A stretch of DNA of 64,000 nt from Psammoneis japonica (taxonomy: Eukaryota), in assembly GCA_008632985.1 (NCBI GenBank), contig QPGO01000017.1:434001-498000 (forward strand), in the 5' to 3' direction. A program made the translations under genes and the position numbers. This document shows, piece by piece, positions 37,212 through 50,700 of this stretch. Below the pieces are notes generated by a model. It saw only the letters and a list, made by a program, of their open reading frames with translations. It ran no database searches and had not been told where the DNA came from. Numbering within the stretch: position 1 is the first letter of the stretch; each line of letters begins with the position of its first letter.

Positions 37212-39820
37212 CTACAGCTGCTCCTGCTCAGGGAAAGAGGGGAGCTCATCAAAGTTTTCAAGAAGCACATTTCTGTGTCCATCGCGAGCTAAAGAGAACT
37301 GATTCTTCATTTCCTCGAGAACCACCGACCCTTTGCCGGCAGCGATTAGGTGGACGAGCATGTGTTCAAGGGCGAGGTGTTCAGCCCGGAACTTTGCCCT
37401 TATCAACGGCACGTGCGTCTTCACCTCATCACAAAACGTCACTCCTCTCTTGTAGTGTTCGCCTAACCACTCCTTTTTCAGGTCATCCTCAAATCCCGAC
37501 TGAAGCACGGAGTTTCTCGCAATTTCGGATATATCCGTCATGGACAAATCAAAAGAAGCTCTGGCAACGCTGTACTCTTCAAGCAAAGCGTCGTCAGACA
37601 TGTGAAACAATAGTGGATCATCAGTAGAAAGTGTGACATTCAATCCCCGACGAAACAATTTGGGAAAAGGGTTGTTGGCAATTTTGCAGAATAGAAAGTT
37701 GTTCGACAATGGACTGATGGACAATCCGACCTGCAGAAGAGAAACAGTTGTACGCCAAACCTGGTGAGTTTGGTGTAGGTGAACACCAATAGCTAAAGAT
37801 GGTTATCAAATCACCCACACGGTACTGACCTGATCAAGATAGTATAAATACTGAAGAGAAACTTGGCGATGTAGGTTAATACCGTGGTTGATGGAAGGGC
37901 ATAACATGTACGTCACTGCCAAATGCATAGGGTCACCGGTCTCCCCGGCGTGAGGCCGGAAGGCAACGGTGTTTAGTCCTTTAGCTTTGCGAAGCTGATT
38001 GAGAATCTCCAGATTTGCCCATAGAAAGTAGAGTTGCCAAGAGTATGCAGGATTCTTGTCACTTGTCCAATCCCTTGGACGGCTACAGCAACCCGCCTCC
38101 TGCAACAAAGGTCCAAGTACGTGAGCGCTGAGTGTAAGAGATAACGAACGTTTCAAGAATTTCGACCATGGCAACGGTCACTACATTCTTACCTCGTGCG
38201 ATCCCTCATCATCCACTGAGTCGAAGCCCACAATGTGCGTAAGCAGTTTGGCCACTTCTGGATGCTTCTCTGGGTACAAGGTTGCATCGAACAAAGGACC
38301 AAAAAGATTCTCTAGCATATCAAGAAAAGACCGTCGAGCCTTCCCAGGCTTTTGACTGTACAAACGCCACAACCGTGGGACCTGTATCATCCAGCGGTTG
38401 TGGGACGAAATCACCGGTCCGGGAAACGGGCCGCCTTTCCAGTCACGCAGGACCCACTTTGCTAACTGCAACCATTCATCTCTTTCCATTCCGTAAATAC
38501 TGAGACGCATCTCAGCTGCAGACTTGTGACCCTTTGATGCTTCGTGTCGCGACAAAATGATCTTTGTCAACTCAGCAAAATACCTAGTTGCGACAAGGTA
38601 CAAAAGCCAGAACGACGTAAGCAATCTTTCTCCAACGCGGAACGAACAAGGCAAAAGGAAACCACAAAGCGGAGTTCCACTTACCGCCCATCAATAACGT
38701 TTGATGTCTTTAAAAAGATTTTCCGCATCTGCCCCAATCTGAATGGACTATACTTGGAATTGAAATTGTCAAACCGCTGATAGACCGAGTAGTCTGCTAA
38801 TACGTTGAATGCATCAATAGTTAAGTGGTCCGAATCGAGACCAGCTTCATCAAAAACTTGGCGAAGAGTTTTGCCATCTTCTAGTACGACAGTGTGTCCC
38901 TCATTTTCCAACTTGTCTCGAACGAAATCCACAAACTGCTTAGCACTTGCTGCCGCAGCCAAGTGGATGTGATTATCTACCTTTAGCACAGGAGAACATC
39001 GACAAAGAGTCCGCTGTCAGCAAGATCAACCGTTGAACGAGGCAACTTTGAATTCACTTACTTTCATTGTACGATAGAAGTCTGATCCCAAAAGATTGCT
39101 TTGCTCTTCCATCTCTACTGGACCGTTTGCTGTCATGTGCATTTTGAAGCTGGAAGAGAGCAACTGTAGTCGCTGAAAACAAAATGACCGCATAGCACCG
39201 TGGGAAACCATTTCAACAAGGCGCTTGTAATCCTTGAAGAATTCGTCGACGTTTGGCACCTTGCACAAGTTTGTAGTAGCGTCACTGGTTTTATGCAATT
39301 CGACGACACCGTCATCCCCAAAGGAAAATGTCACATCGTCGTCCGACAAAGAATCCTGCTGTACAGTCGTACCCGCGGAAAGATAATACTTCGATCTCAG
39401 ATTTCGTGCTTCTTGAATGAAACTACACGCAAGTTCGTGCTCTTCCGTGACAGCTCCAGCTCCATAAAAGATAAGAGATCGCGTAAAAGAAAGGGTGTCA
39501 CGGTATGGCCATTGCTCTCCGTTCTAAAGAAAAAAGAATTTGTGAGTTGCAGCGAGGAAAGAACGAGTTTTCTTGACGATTGGTGCACGTACCGCAGGAC
39601 GAGCCCTTGCAGGAGGATCCTGTTGCTTTCTTGGTTTAATTTCTCCTTCTTTCAGTTCGTCTATGTACATCCCACGCTGAGAGCTCAAAAATACATGGTG
39701 GCCGTCCTCTGAATCTCCACCACGAAGGTCTTGAGAACTCCCGTGTGACCAAGCGTCAGATCGTGACCGTCGAAAATGTTCGATAGGATCCGGTGGACCA
39801 TCCGGGAAGTAGTTCGACAT
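37212..39820 (-). CDS. AMPD: AMP deaminase, multi-exon
   Basis: KVDNHIH, FDNFNSKYSP, GFDSVDDE, FRPHAGETG, ISPLSNNFLF, LSTDDPLLFH and EIARNSVLQSGF. N-terminus uncertain. Confidence 0.95.
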
Positions 39821-40575
39821 TGTCAGCGTGTCACTTCCACTTTGAAGTCTTATACAAGTCGTGTTGGAACAACCGCAGTCTCGAGCAAGGCACGAGTGAC
39901 ATCGATGCACTGCAACATCAGTTTCTCAGAACGAACAAGCAGAGCTCTTGCATGCTGTCGTGCGTGTTCATGTTGCAAAGCTGAACCGCGCCTGCCCAAT
40001 GTCAATGTGGTGCGAGATGATTCATTCGATTCGCCTCCACCCTTATTGACCTGCATACATTCGGGTCTGAAGAATATTGTAATGTTCCCAACGGTCGCTA
40101 GTTGGTACAAAAAATACGTAGGCTCTACGTGGAACGAATCATCCGGTTGCTGCACACACCTTCATTCATTCCTGCGGACACGACAGAGCAAGAAATAAAG
40201 GTGACCGTCGCTTTTGCTACCCGACTCCAGCATCAGACCGTGAGTTCATTCTACACCTTACAGTCTCATCCAGTGTCTTTTGCGCGGCGACACCAAGTTG
40301 TACCATCGTTGCGCCGTTTGCTGTACCGGTATAAGGCTTGAATTGTTTCACAGGTATTTTTGCTTCGTGACTTGCGAACTCCTCCATATTTTTTTGGCAT
40401 ACTTTACTCCAGTGTCCACGTCATCGCGCAATCTGGCGCTTTCCTGTTCGCCCGGGTCTCGTGTCTCGTGCACCTTTGTTGTGAACTATCAATCGTACTT
40501 CACTTCTCTGAAAAACCAAGCTTTCCCTGTGAAAACTTCTCACATCGTTTTGCTCTATCTCTATATGCGATAGCC

Positions 40576-42737
40576 ATGTCAGAACGAAATGCCGATATTT
40601 GGTCAACGCGACTGCAGCGAGAGCTATTGGCGTTGACAACGGATGAGGAAGGAAAAGAAAAAGAGGTTGTTGGTGTGTTGCCTCCTTTTATCTCGTTGCG
40701 TGATCACGAGCTCGACATTGTCAAGGGTATTTGTAAGGTGTCGTTTCGGATAGACATACCAGCACCTAAGAAGTCGCCTCCTGCTGAAAGTACCGAAACT
40801 CCCGCCGAGACGACTGAAGCACCCCCGTCGGAAAGTACTGAAACACCTGCTGAAAAGACCGAAGAGAAAGAAGCAGGTACAGCTGAAGAAGTTCCGGATA
40901 CTCCTTCTGTTACCATTGTATTGGATGCATCTCTAGGTACCAAATCGGATGGAACCGTCGATACGGCCGCTCCTGCTTATCCGTTTCTCAAACCCACTGC
41001 AATTCTGAAAGAAGGAGCTCGTCTCTTTCCGGAAGGATCTACGATCAAAGACGGAGACTTTGTAGATATTGACTGTGACTGGACGCCTAGTCTTCATTTG
41101 AATGATGCTGTCCTCAACATTGGTCTCAAAATCAAAGAGAGTATTCTACAGGGGGAGCCCTTTCATGCAGCTCAAGCACCTGCTGCAGACCCGGTTGATG
41201 ACATTGTCCAGGGCGCTCGAAAGATTGGAAGCTTCCTTTCGAAAAGCGCCAAGGGGTTGGTATCACCAGAAGGCCCCCGTGATTTGCGCAGGAAGAAAAA
41301 GAAGCAAGCAGTAAAGAAACCGGCGCAGGCATTCGGTGACGTTAATATTGGAGATGAAATCAATCTGTTGGAAGAACCATGGGTCAATTCCATGGGCGTT
41401 TATTCATGCAAGGCTATTCGGAGACCAAAATTTGTAGAAGAAGCCATGGCATATGGTGCGGCGGCACACGAGGGAACTGAGGTGAGCGGCTTTTTTGATG
41501 AAACTGAGGATGATGGCGAGGTTCCAGAGGACCTTGGCAATTATATGCGTTTGCAGGCAGGCAGCATCTCCAAGGTGTGTCTGGGTTGCTCTTGGTGGTG
41601 ATCATCCATGCACACCTCTACAAGTTGCCTACGCTTATTTTGAATTTTGGATTTTTCTTTGCTCACGTGCTCACCACGCACTGCTTGCTTGATTCTTGTC
41701 TGCACGGCAGGTTGCGGGTGCTGGTTTGTCAGGAGCAGGATCAATGTTTCGATCCTTCACTCGATCAGCGAAAAGTGTGTTAGAGGAGTCGTCTCTCATG
41801 ATTACCCCAACTCATATTATCGAGCTGAAATCTTCGAGATTGAGTTTGAGCACTGGTACTGGTAAGTATGGCTAATCCGTTGTCGAAAGCCGGTGTCTGA
41901 AGCTGATGCTGAAGCCGTCTTTAACAATATCTGCTTCCCGAATTGTTCAATTGTTTGTTTGTAGTGGCCTTTGCTGCGTCTATTGATATGTTGGCAAAGT
42001 TGAAGTTTCGTCGACAGGAATCGATTTCATTGTTTTTCAAGGTCGCTCCCGACGATCCACTCGTCTTTATGTGTCCGGACAGTTTGGACGCAGTTCACCA
42101 GATCCAGTCTGTGTTGAAGCGGCATGGCGTAAAAGGCAAGCACACAAACGCAAGCACTCAGAGGGCGATTAACGAGGCTTTGAGGATAGTAAAGGAGATA
42201 CAGCAAAAGGAGCGAACGCTGGAGTCAGTCCCGACAGTAGAAAGAGTAAACGAAATCATGGATTTGTATCGACAGGCAGCCGAGCGATTTGAAGTCGCTG
42301 GAGATATACGACACGAGGAAGTCATGACTCACATGCGGAAATTCCTCGCGTTGCCTCTGACCGTCAGCATTCTTGATGGAACTTACGAGAAGAAGGTTCC
42401 AAGCGAACCAGCTGCAACTATTGTAGCGTTGCCGCCAAAGGAAGTCCCAGAAGGAGAGGTTCTCGAACGGAGCAACCATCAGCTAGAGGACGACGATATG
42501 TCAACGGAAGGCAATGAACAGAAAACCAACGACGACAGCGCTTTCCATGAAAACATGGACAACATTCTGAAAGAAGCCAAGGAAGATCTAGACAATCTTA
42601 ACCTTTCAGGGGACGAGGGGCTTAATGACCTCCTTACACTTGACGACGAAGAAGGAGGGGACAGTACAATCGCAGACCTTGACGCTATGTTGAACGCTGC
42701 GGATAAAGAGTTGGCGGATATTATGAACTCAGAGTAG
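40576..42737 (+). CDS. Hypothetical protein with N-terminal UBC/E2-like fold and acidic C-terminus, multi-exon
   Basis: TRLQRELLAL, YPFLKP and DWTPSLHLNDAVLNI resemble E2-fold motifs. Spliced to the ORF at 41943-42737. Confidence 0.6.
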
Positions 42738-42878
42738 CCTCATAAGTTGTTGGATTCGTAGTAAGGAGTCCGTTGGCTTTGCTTGAATTATGCCGCCTTT
42801 CTGTTCGCTCGATTCCAGGGCCGCTTAGAATAGCTCTGGTGTAAAATGAATCAAAAATCTTCATCCCCAAATTGCCAT

Positions 42879-44618
42879 CTAGAAACCGTCGCTACCCATA
42901 CGTTGCAATTGTTCCTCGTCGTGCGTAATCCACAATCCACTTATACCCAAATTCGAAGCTGCCGATTCGATGCTGCGTTCAACGCGTGTCTTCGAGTCCA
43001 TGTCAAGGGCAGATGTAGACTCGTCCAGAAGAAGAACATCTGGGCGGGATGCAACAGCCATCGCAACAATAACCCTCTGAGCTTCGCCTCCTGAAAGGAC
43101 TACCCACTCTTTGTCGAGACAGTTGGACCCTAGCCCCCAAGTTTGGACGAGCCTTAGAGAGCTTGCAAGCATTTCATCAAATGATGGAGTACCGCGAGTT
43201 TTGTAGGAACGAAAAGAAGCAACGTTCCGAAGAAAGTCACGTGGTGTGCCTGGCATTTCGACTTTGCGTTGCGGTACATACCGAACTTGTCGTCGCCAAA
43301 GAGTCCAATCTGAAAAATCAGCTTGACGTTTTCCATCAAACAATACTTCACCGCCATCATAGGGAGCTAGTCCAGCCACGGCAAGCAAGAGCTGGGACTT
43401 GCCAACACCTGACGGACCACTCACTGCAGCAATTTCGCCTGGGCGTAAAACAACGTTTACGTTTTGAAACAAGAAACGGCGCCTGTGAGTATCGTTATCG
43501 ATGATTGGTACGGAACGTGATACGCCTTTCACATTGAGTTTCGCAGGCATAGTTTCGTCGCCCGTAATCATTGTTCGAATATCCATTGAGCCTCTTGGTG
43601 AAACGTATGAATATCTGTCTGCAGCTTCGCTACCACCTTCAGACATTAAAGCTTCGATCTCTGAATCATTACCACGTCGAATCAATCCGAAACGTTTGCA
43701 ACATATTCTTCCCGAGTCTGCAAGAAAATTGTGAAAGGATGTTTGCTTCTCTCGTCTTGTGAATCGGTCTGTTCGGAGCATCTCTTTCGTGTCGAACGCT
43801 ACTCTACGAGCAAGCCAAACCTCAATCAGAATTGTGCCAAAGGCACAAATCGCAATAAGGTAAACAATGAGCATTTGATATCGAGCTGCTTCCATTGCCG
43901 GTGTCCCGCCTAGGATTTGGCCCGTCATCATTCCTGGTATGGAAACTAAACCAATAACTGCCATGGAGTTCACCATGGGTGTCGCACCAGTTCGTACCGC
44001 TTCTCGAACAAGACGGGAGCTCGCTTCAATACCAGTCGCGCCAAACGCAAGCAAGAGTTCAATTTCACTCTGCTGCTCCACGAGACTAATGAGCATCGTA
44101 TTAAGCGACAGCGCAATGGCGTTGATACAATTACCAAGAAGCATCCCGACAATTGGAATGACGTACTGGGGGTCCCAGTAAGGATGAGGCCGAATAATTG
44201 CACAGAATGCAAAAATTGACACAAGCGAGACGCTTGTCGAAAGTGCTACCAAAACACAAGAGTACTGGCCTTGAAAAACATATTTTGTTTTCCGAGAAGC
44301 TTCTCTCGCAGCAAGAAGAACCATGAAACAAACATAAACAAGCACCAATCCCCAGTAGTCTAGACCAAGAATAAAAATCGGCTGGAGAATGAAACCGAGC
44401 ACCGTCAGCTGAATAAAGGTTCGAGCACAACCAACCGCAACCGGAGAGGCAAGATCCAAATCCAACTTAATCGACATGAAAGCAATAAGCGCCAATGGCA
44501 CCATCGAAAGCACCAGAAAAGGAATGGAAACATGTACCAATGGTTCCATTGTTACTTCCGCAGTCTTGTGTTGAAGGAGTAGCTCACTGTTGATCTCATC
44601 TTCTCGCTGCATTTCCAA
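42879..44618 (-). CDS. Fused UPF0014 (FetB/YbbM/STAR2-like) permease plus ABC ATPase (FetA/YbbL/STAR1-like)
   Basis: Permease motifs RTFIQL, PQYVIPIVGMLLGN and SIPGMMTGQILGG, then GPSGVGKS, LSGGEAQR, LLLDESTSALD and ITHD, all in one 579-aa ORF. Confidence 0.9.
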   Translation of the reverse strand: MEMQREDEINSELLLQHKTAEVTMEPLVHVSIPFLVLSMVPLALIAFMSIKLDLDLASPVAVGCARTFIQLTVLGFILQPIFILGLDYWGLVLVYVCFMVLLAAREASRKTKYVFQGQYSCVLVALSTSVSLVSIFAFCAIIRPHPYWDPQYVIPIVGMLLGNCINAIALSLNTMLISLVEQQSEIELLLAFGATGIEASSRLVREAVRTGATPMVNSMAVIGLVSIPGMMTGQILGGTPAMEAARYQMLIVYLIAICAFGTILIEVWLARRVAFDTKEMLRTDRFTRREKQTSFHNFLADSGRICCKRFGLIRRGNDSEIEALMSEGGSEAADRYSYVSPRGSMDIRTMITGDETMPAKLNVKGVSRSVPIIDNDTHRRRFLFQNVNVVLRPGEIAAVSGPSGVGKSQLLLAVAGLAPYDGGEVLFDGKRQADFSDWTLWRRQVRYVPQRKVEMPGTPRDFLRNVASFRSYKTRGTPSFDEMLASSLRLVQTWGLGSNCLDKEWVVLSGGEAQRVIVAMAVASRPDVLLLDESTSALDMDSKTRVERSIESAASNLGISGLWITHDEEQLQRMGSDGF

Positions 44619-45226
44619 AATTTCGAGAACTGACTGCCCAAGGCTGACAAGGGGCGCCGATAGATTTTTGGGAGTGGATTTTTCACGAAAAGAACCGCTC
44701 TGAATTCATGACCCATTCGACTGAGACTGATTCGACTGGATCCCCATCGCGCGGGTTCGCGCGTTCTTGCTGCTCTCGGCAGTTTTTTACGTGCTATGTG
44801 CGTTGCGAGTTGCGACGTGACTGCAATGGGCACTCTGTCGAAGCGACAAGAATTACAACGCTGACCGCCACTATCGGCTTTTACCACCGCTCCCGTAACC
44901 CAAGAGGAGAGGTAGAAGTGTCGCCCGTCATAGGAATAAACGAAAGGACTTGATAATGAGAGGCATAAGTGAGCCTTCTCCGAAACGGCAAATGCCTGTG
45001 TCACCCCTTGCTTCAGAAGTGAGTTCGGCCACCGTGTACTGACTCGTATGCTCTTGCATAGCGTGTTGACTCCCACCACTTGAGCGGAGTTGAGCATAAT
45101 TGAATGTGTCAGATCATCATGTCACCCCCTACTCGGTGCTTGGACTCTTTCTCTCTTTCAATGTTCGAGTTTGTGCCTTTTGTTTCTGGCGATGAACGGC
45201 TTTGAAACAGCTTGGAATTGTCTGCC

Positions 45227-46021
45227 ATGGAACGCCTGATTGGGAAGTATCTGATGGATTGCTTACGTCCCTCCTTACATGATTATTCGCTTGTTGCTGT
45301 ACAGGAAGAACGCGAGCAAGCACTGCGTGACTACAAGGTGACTATTGAATACAAGCACTTGAAACAACATGCTCCCGGAGGTGTGTACCTCATTCCTTCG
45401 ATGGACGACCTGAGGCATTTTCATGGTGTTATTTTTGTGAGACGGGGCCCCTTTACCAATGGAATTTTTAAATTTCAAGTTCGACTGCCCGAAAAGTACA
45501 ACGACGTCAACACCTGGCCCAAGATTACATTCTCTTCCTACGTGTACGTCCAGCGTCCAGGGGCAATCGTTATCTTTCACGGCTCTTTTGGAATTTGCTG
45601 ATCTCATTTTCTTTTTTGTTTGTGCAGATACAATCCCCATGTCAACCCCACCACGGGTGAGCTCGATGTAAAAATGGCATATCCGCGTTGGGATCCTCAC
45701 AGACACTATCTTGTTACCGTGTTGACGTATCTCAAAAAGATTTTCTATGTGAAAAACTTTGGTGAAGACGCGAAAGCCAATCCAGAAGCGAGAGAAATGG
45801 CTGAAAACGACCCGTCGTCATATCGGAGGAATGTTGAAAGTTGTGTTCGCGAGTCGCAAAAGAACGTTTACCTAAATGATCCAGGATGCACGGCGAAGTT
45901 TACAGAAGAGACTCTGGCTCATTCCATTCTTCGGGATTTGATGAAGCGTACAATCAAAGACCCGGCGCAAGTGAACAAAACTACCGTACTCAATTTGGTT
46001 GAACAATCCCGTAATGTTTGA
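45227..46021 (+). CDS. AKTIP/FTS/crossbronx-like catalytically inactive E2 variant
   Basis: EYKHL...PGGVYLIPS...HGVIFVRRGPFTNGIFKF; YNPHVNPTTGELDV has Asp at the E2 Cys position. Intron at about 45542-45628; start uncertain. Confidence 0.8.
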
Positions 46022-46286
46022 ATTGGCTCGTTGACGATAATACAATTGGAGGTTTCAAGACGAATGAGAACAAAGTTGCGCACGTTCGCTTTCTAAATCC
46101 TAGATTTCGATTCATAAGATAGCGGACTGAATTATGGTGGGAAGTTGCTTACTGTATTCACTTGAACCGATGTCTCTTCGCCCAAAGTAAGATGACTCAG
46201 CGTGCAGCTTGTTTTAAACTCTCGAATAGGTCTAACGGTAGCCAAACCACAAAACAATCAAGCTGTACTACAAATCATGCTACGAT

Positions 46287-47597
46287 TCAGACTGTTGAGG
46301 ACCATTGGTGTGGCATTTCACGCAACAAACCATACAATAAATGAGTCTGGTCAATCGAGCGAGAAAGTAAACCAACGAAATCTTTCAATCGACAGTTAGG
46401 ATTCCGAATGAGTTGACGACCGGCTCGATTTAGTTCCAAACCATAGAGGAGCTCCTTGTACCCGAGCGGTAAGTCATTCGAAATGGATGTCATTCGATGC
46501 TCCAGTGACCCGCCAATATCCACTCGTTGGATCGTAGCATTTTGCTGAACAGCTTCGGCAATCGCCATGACGCCCCCGAGCATGGGAAAATTACCACGGT
46601 AGCTTAGTCGAACAAGAGAAGTGTTGCGCTTGAGAGCATTTGCTAAATGGATGGTGCCGTCCATATCGATCCAGTTCTGCTCCAAATCAAGATCGACAAG
46701 TGATGTGTTGTTCTGAATCAGGAATGCAAGGGACTCTGTAGCTTGTTTATTTCCCAAGCGACAGTCAATCAGCGTGAGTGACTTTAATGTGCGATTTGCG
46801 GCAAGGGCGGTAGCAAAAGCAGCGGCGCCGGTGGCTCCAACCGTATTGTGGAGTAGCTCTAAACGGGTGAGTGTAGTGTTGAAGTGGAGAGCCCACGCCA
46901 CAGCAACAGAGACTTGAGGATCAACCATGCAATTTTCCAGGCGCACCCCTTCCAACTGTGAACAAGGTCTCTGGAGACTGAGAGCAACAGCTAAAGCGAC
47001 TTCCTCGTTCGTACCACGAAAGTCGAACGTCCTGATGGAAGGATGTGTTTCCAGAACGTCAATGAGGGCCTTGGCTGCATCTGGCTCAATGCTGTTAGGC
47101 GTCGAAGACAGACTCAACCGCCTCAGTGAATAGTTATACCTGAAAGAGCCAGCAAGAGCAAGCAGACTCTGTTGTCCGACTCCACGAACTTCTAACCATA
47201 CGAATCCAGCATCCTGAAGCGCGGCAACGAAAATGTCTTCCTCGCTTCCCCCGGGAATGTTGGACAGGCAAATCTTGTGAACGACAGTGTTTGTAGCAAT
47301 CACTCGAAGGACCGCGTTCACACCAATTCTACCAATACGACTCTGGCTTAAATAAACAAATGTGACGCTGTTTCTCACTTTGAGATGAACAGCATGGCTT
47401 GAAGACTGTTCTCGACCACTATCTTCAAAGTGAACCTCGACGTTCTGGAGCGAGGGAGAGCTTTTCCTCAGCCTTCTCAAGCACTGAACGAGCTCAATGT
47501 TCTTCATTCTGATCACAAGCTTACGCAAAATGATGCATTCATTATAGAAAAGAGAGCAAGAACTGTTGATGTCGATTGTTCTGTCGTACTGTTCCAT
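46287..47597 (-). CDS. Leucine-rich repeat protein (RNI/NLRC3-like)
   Basis: Repeated ~28-aa units such as NTTLTRLELLHNTVGATGAAAFATALAANRTL and NTSLVDLDLEQNWI. Confidence 0.85.
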   Translation of the reverse strand: MEQYDRTIDINSSCSLFYNECIILRKLVIRMKNIELVQCLRRLRKSSPSLQNVEVHFEDSGREQSSSHAVHLKVRNSVTFVYLSQSRIGRIGVNAVLRVIATNTVVHKICLSNIPGGSEEDIFVAALQDAGFVWLEVRGVGQQSLLALAGSFRYNYSLRRLSLSSTPNSIEPDAAKALIDVLETHPSIRTFDFRGTNEEVALAVALSLQRPCSQLEGVRLENCMVDPQVSVAVAWALHFNTTLTRLELLHNTVGATGAAAFATALAANRTLKSLTLIDCRLGNKQATESLAFLIQNNTSLVDLDLEQNWIDMDGTIHLANALKRNTSLVRLSYRGNFPMLGGVMAIAEAVQQNATIQRVDIGGSLEHRMTSISNDLPLGYKELLYGLELNRAGRQLIRNPNCRLKDFVGLLSRSIDQTHLLYGLLREMPHQWSSTV

Positions 47598-47759
47598 TTC
47601 TTGTTGTGGTCATCTCACTGACGCGAGAGGTGGCGTCAATTTTTGGATGTCGCGAACGGAATTTGGAAAGTACACTTTCGGTCATATTGGCGAGCTTGCG
47701 TCCGTTCCGCCACCAAATCAGCCAATGAAAAGCATTCAAAAGTGGCAGAACAAGACCCA

Positions 47760-50700
47760 AAATTTCTGTTCATTCGCCAGCAGCCTTGAAAGATCGAGAT
47801 GAAAACTGAAAAGAAAGCAGTCCAGTTGTGATCAAAGCAAGGAGGAAAGAAGGGCAGAAGAGGCAGTCACGCTGGACAATGCCCATGTGCCACAGGGCAT
47901 GCCATTTTGTTTGCAACAGGATTTGAACAAGAAGAGTGAGACATTCTTGTCCTGTCCCCATCACTCGAGCATGCTTGCTGATGTCTGTGGGGCACAGCAG
48001 CAAGCAAAGCTGCGGCTGGCTGCCGGCTGGCTGCCCAGACCCAGCACAACACCTTGCCATCATCTGCATGTGCAGCAGATGAGTCTCTTTGCAGAGACCA
48101 TGTTGCGGGTGTGCTGCTGCCCCTGTGGGAGAAGAAGCGGGCATGTGCTCTGGTGCCAGAGGTGAGGAGCGGCTTTTGGTCTCACCAGCTTTGCAGGCAG
48201 GGCTGGTCTCGTGCCTGTTCTTGCAGCTGCTCATGCCCATGTGAAAGACAAACAACAGTCAAAACACTTGGTTGGTGTGACTTGAACCCAAGGAAGCCTG
48301 TTTTGGGGTGCATGCACACCAGAGTGGCGTCACAGACGCTGCTGCCACCAGATTTTCCATTTCTCCCAGCACCGCAAAGTGGAGTGATCTTCACATTGTT
48401 CCAAGGCAGTCATCTTTTGGAACAAGAGCAGTCTCACACCACTCAGTTGGATCCAAGCCATGCCAGTCATTGGAAGCTGTTTGAGCACAGCAGCCTCATG
48501 ATCTTGCCCTTGCAAACACAATGTGGCCGCTGGCTTTGTGTTGGTGGGAAATGCCCAGAGGTGTCCACCACAGCATTCTCCTCGTGCTTTCAGATCATCA
48601 GATTCAGCGATCATGTCGCGAACTCCACCACAGTCATGCACATGGAACTTGGCACATGCATTGCCATCTCGAGCAAAGAGTCTGGACAGCAATTCGGAAG
48701 CAGGCCCATTCATGAGCGAGATCAGTGGCTGGATTTGCATCTTCCGCCCAGTCCGCATGACTTTTGGTTCCTGCTTTTACTTTGTGCAGTGGCCAACATG
48801 GTCATTCAATGACCACTCGTGTTCAGAAAGTTTGATGAGCATTTGTGAGCCCTGCGCACCAATCAGTGCACAGCATGGCATGATGTTGGTGCCATCGCAT
48901 TTTGTGAACAAAACCTGCCAGCCTGCTTTTGTGATGATCCGCTTTGATGGATGTCTTCATGGCCACAGAAGCTACATGAAACATGGCATGTCAAGGCAAT
49001 CCCGTCCGAGCAAGCCTTCGAAATGGCAATCACGCTGATCCTCTCACAATTCCAAACTTGACCACCTGATCAAGCATCGACTTGCATCTTGCTGCTGTCA
49101 ATCATCATGCAGGCCTCTCTTCTTCTCTTCACCATGGTGCTCTTTACCATCGTTGACGGTGCTGTTCCATTCCCCATCAAACATGCGCTCTTTTCCTTTG
49201 CCGTCTTCATCGCGTTGAAGCAAGCCGTTCAATTTTCGAGCGTCGACGAGACGTGCGTTGCGACTGTCCGAGTCCTTGAGACCAAACCATCCAAGATGTT
49301 TCCAATCCAGTTTCCCATCGAGTGGTCGAACAACAAAAAGAGAAAGCGATCGAGCACTGCCAGCCATTCTGACGACGTTGAAGACTCTTCTTGTGAAACG
49401 AAAGTGCCCAAAACCGCCATGACCACTTGCAAACGCACCATCCATAAAGTCCACAAGAGCAAACGTTCGAAGGACAAGGAACGTGACTCTCCGTTTGATC
49501 GCCGAAAGATGCAAGCGTTGGCACGTAAAAATCTCATCAATGCCCGTCGCTTTGGCACAAACAAAAAGCCCGCCACTCAGAAGAAGCTCCGTCAGCATCA
49601 ACCGGCCGAAGATGTTCCAATTCTGCTCCGCATGCATCAGGAAGTGCAAGCCGTCAAGCACAAGGAAAAGGTCCAGGCTCGTCGTCGCCAGGAACAGTCC
49701 GCATCGTTGTTGGGAAGCAATCAAGGGAAGAATTCTACTGCACAACATGAGGAGGTGTCTCTGATGCTTTGATTCACTGTGGTGAGGGAACCAACTGGAG
49801 CTGTCCAGTGGGTCGTGACCAACTCACCGAATCATGGAATTTGCTCTCGGTTGCAAGCAAAAATCCAGACAAATGTCCAGCAATTTAGAACAGAAAAAAA
49901 ACACACAGAGCAATCCCACTCAACATCAAATCTGCTTTCGTCATTTAGACTAGAGAGCTGACTTTGTAGCATGTGTGCGTGGCGTGTTAGTTTCAAGTCG
50001 TGTTTGACACGATCCATCTTCTGTCACCTCAATCTTCTTTCTTGCCTTTTCATTGGCATGGCAGTCACTGACATTGGTCAACAAGTGCTTTCAAGAGTCT
50101 TTCGCATGGTCTGTCAGTTGACTTTTAGCTTGAAATGCCATCCAATGGTTGTGGAGCAACACTTTACAAATGCAAATGAGACAAATCTTTGTCATTGTTG
50201 GAACTTCACCTCGGATCCAATTGTCACCTCTCATCTCGGATGCAATTCGGCCATCACCTCTTGGAGTGCACAACCCTGTTTCCTGGCAAGGCGACATTGC
50301 GAAAACAGCAGTGCATGGCTTCTTCTCAGAGCAGAGTGCGTGTGCCGTGCTGTCCATGCACTCATTTCGGGTGACACTTGTGCAAAAGTTTGACAATTTG
50401 ATTTGCTTGCTGGTGGGCTGCACTCAATTTCTTGGCTTGCCTCTGATCGATTGTGTGGCTCCTGAAGCAACTTGACAAAGTCAGGTCCATGAGGAATTGT
50501 CAACCAGCGGTTCAAACCCAGATGAGAGGCAAAACAGCACATCTTGATTTGATCCACATTGACCATGTCCGCAACTCCTGGTGTCTGGCAGATCTCTCGC
50601 ATGTGGCAGAGAATTGCCGGAGTTGAGGCAACGCTGCGTGTGTTGGTTTTTAAGCAGACAATGCAAACTTCATCAAATCGAAGCAATGTCACAAACAAAT

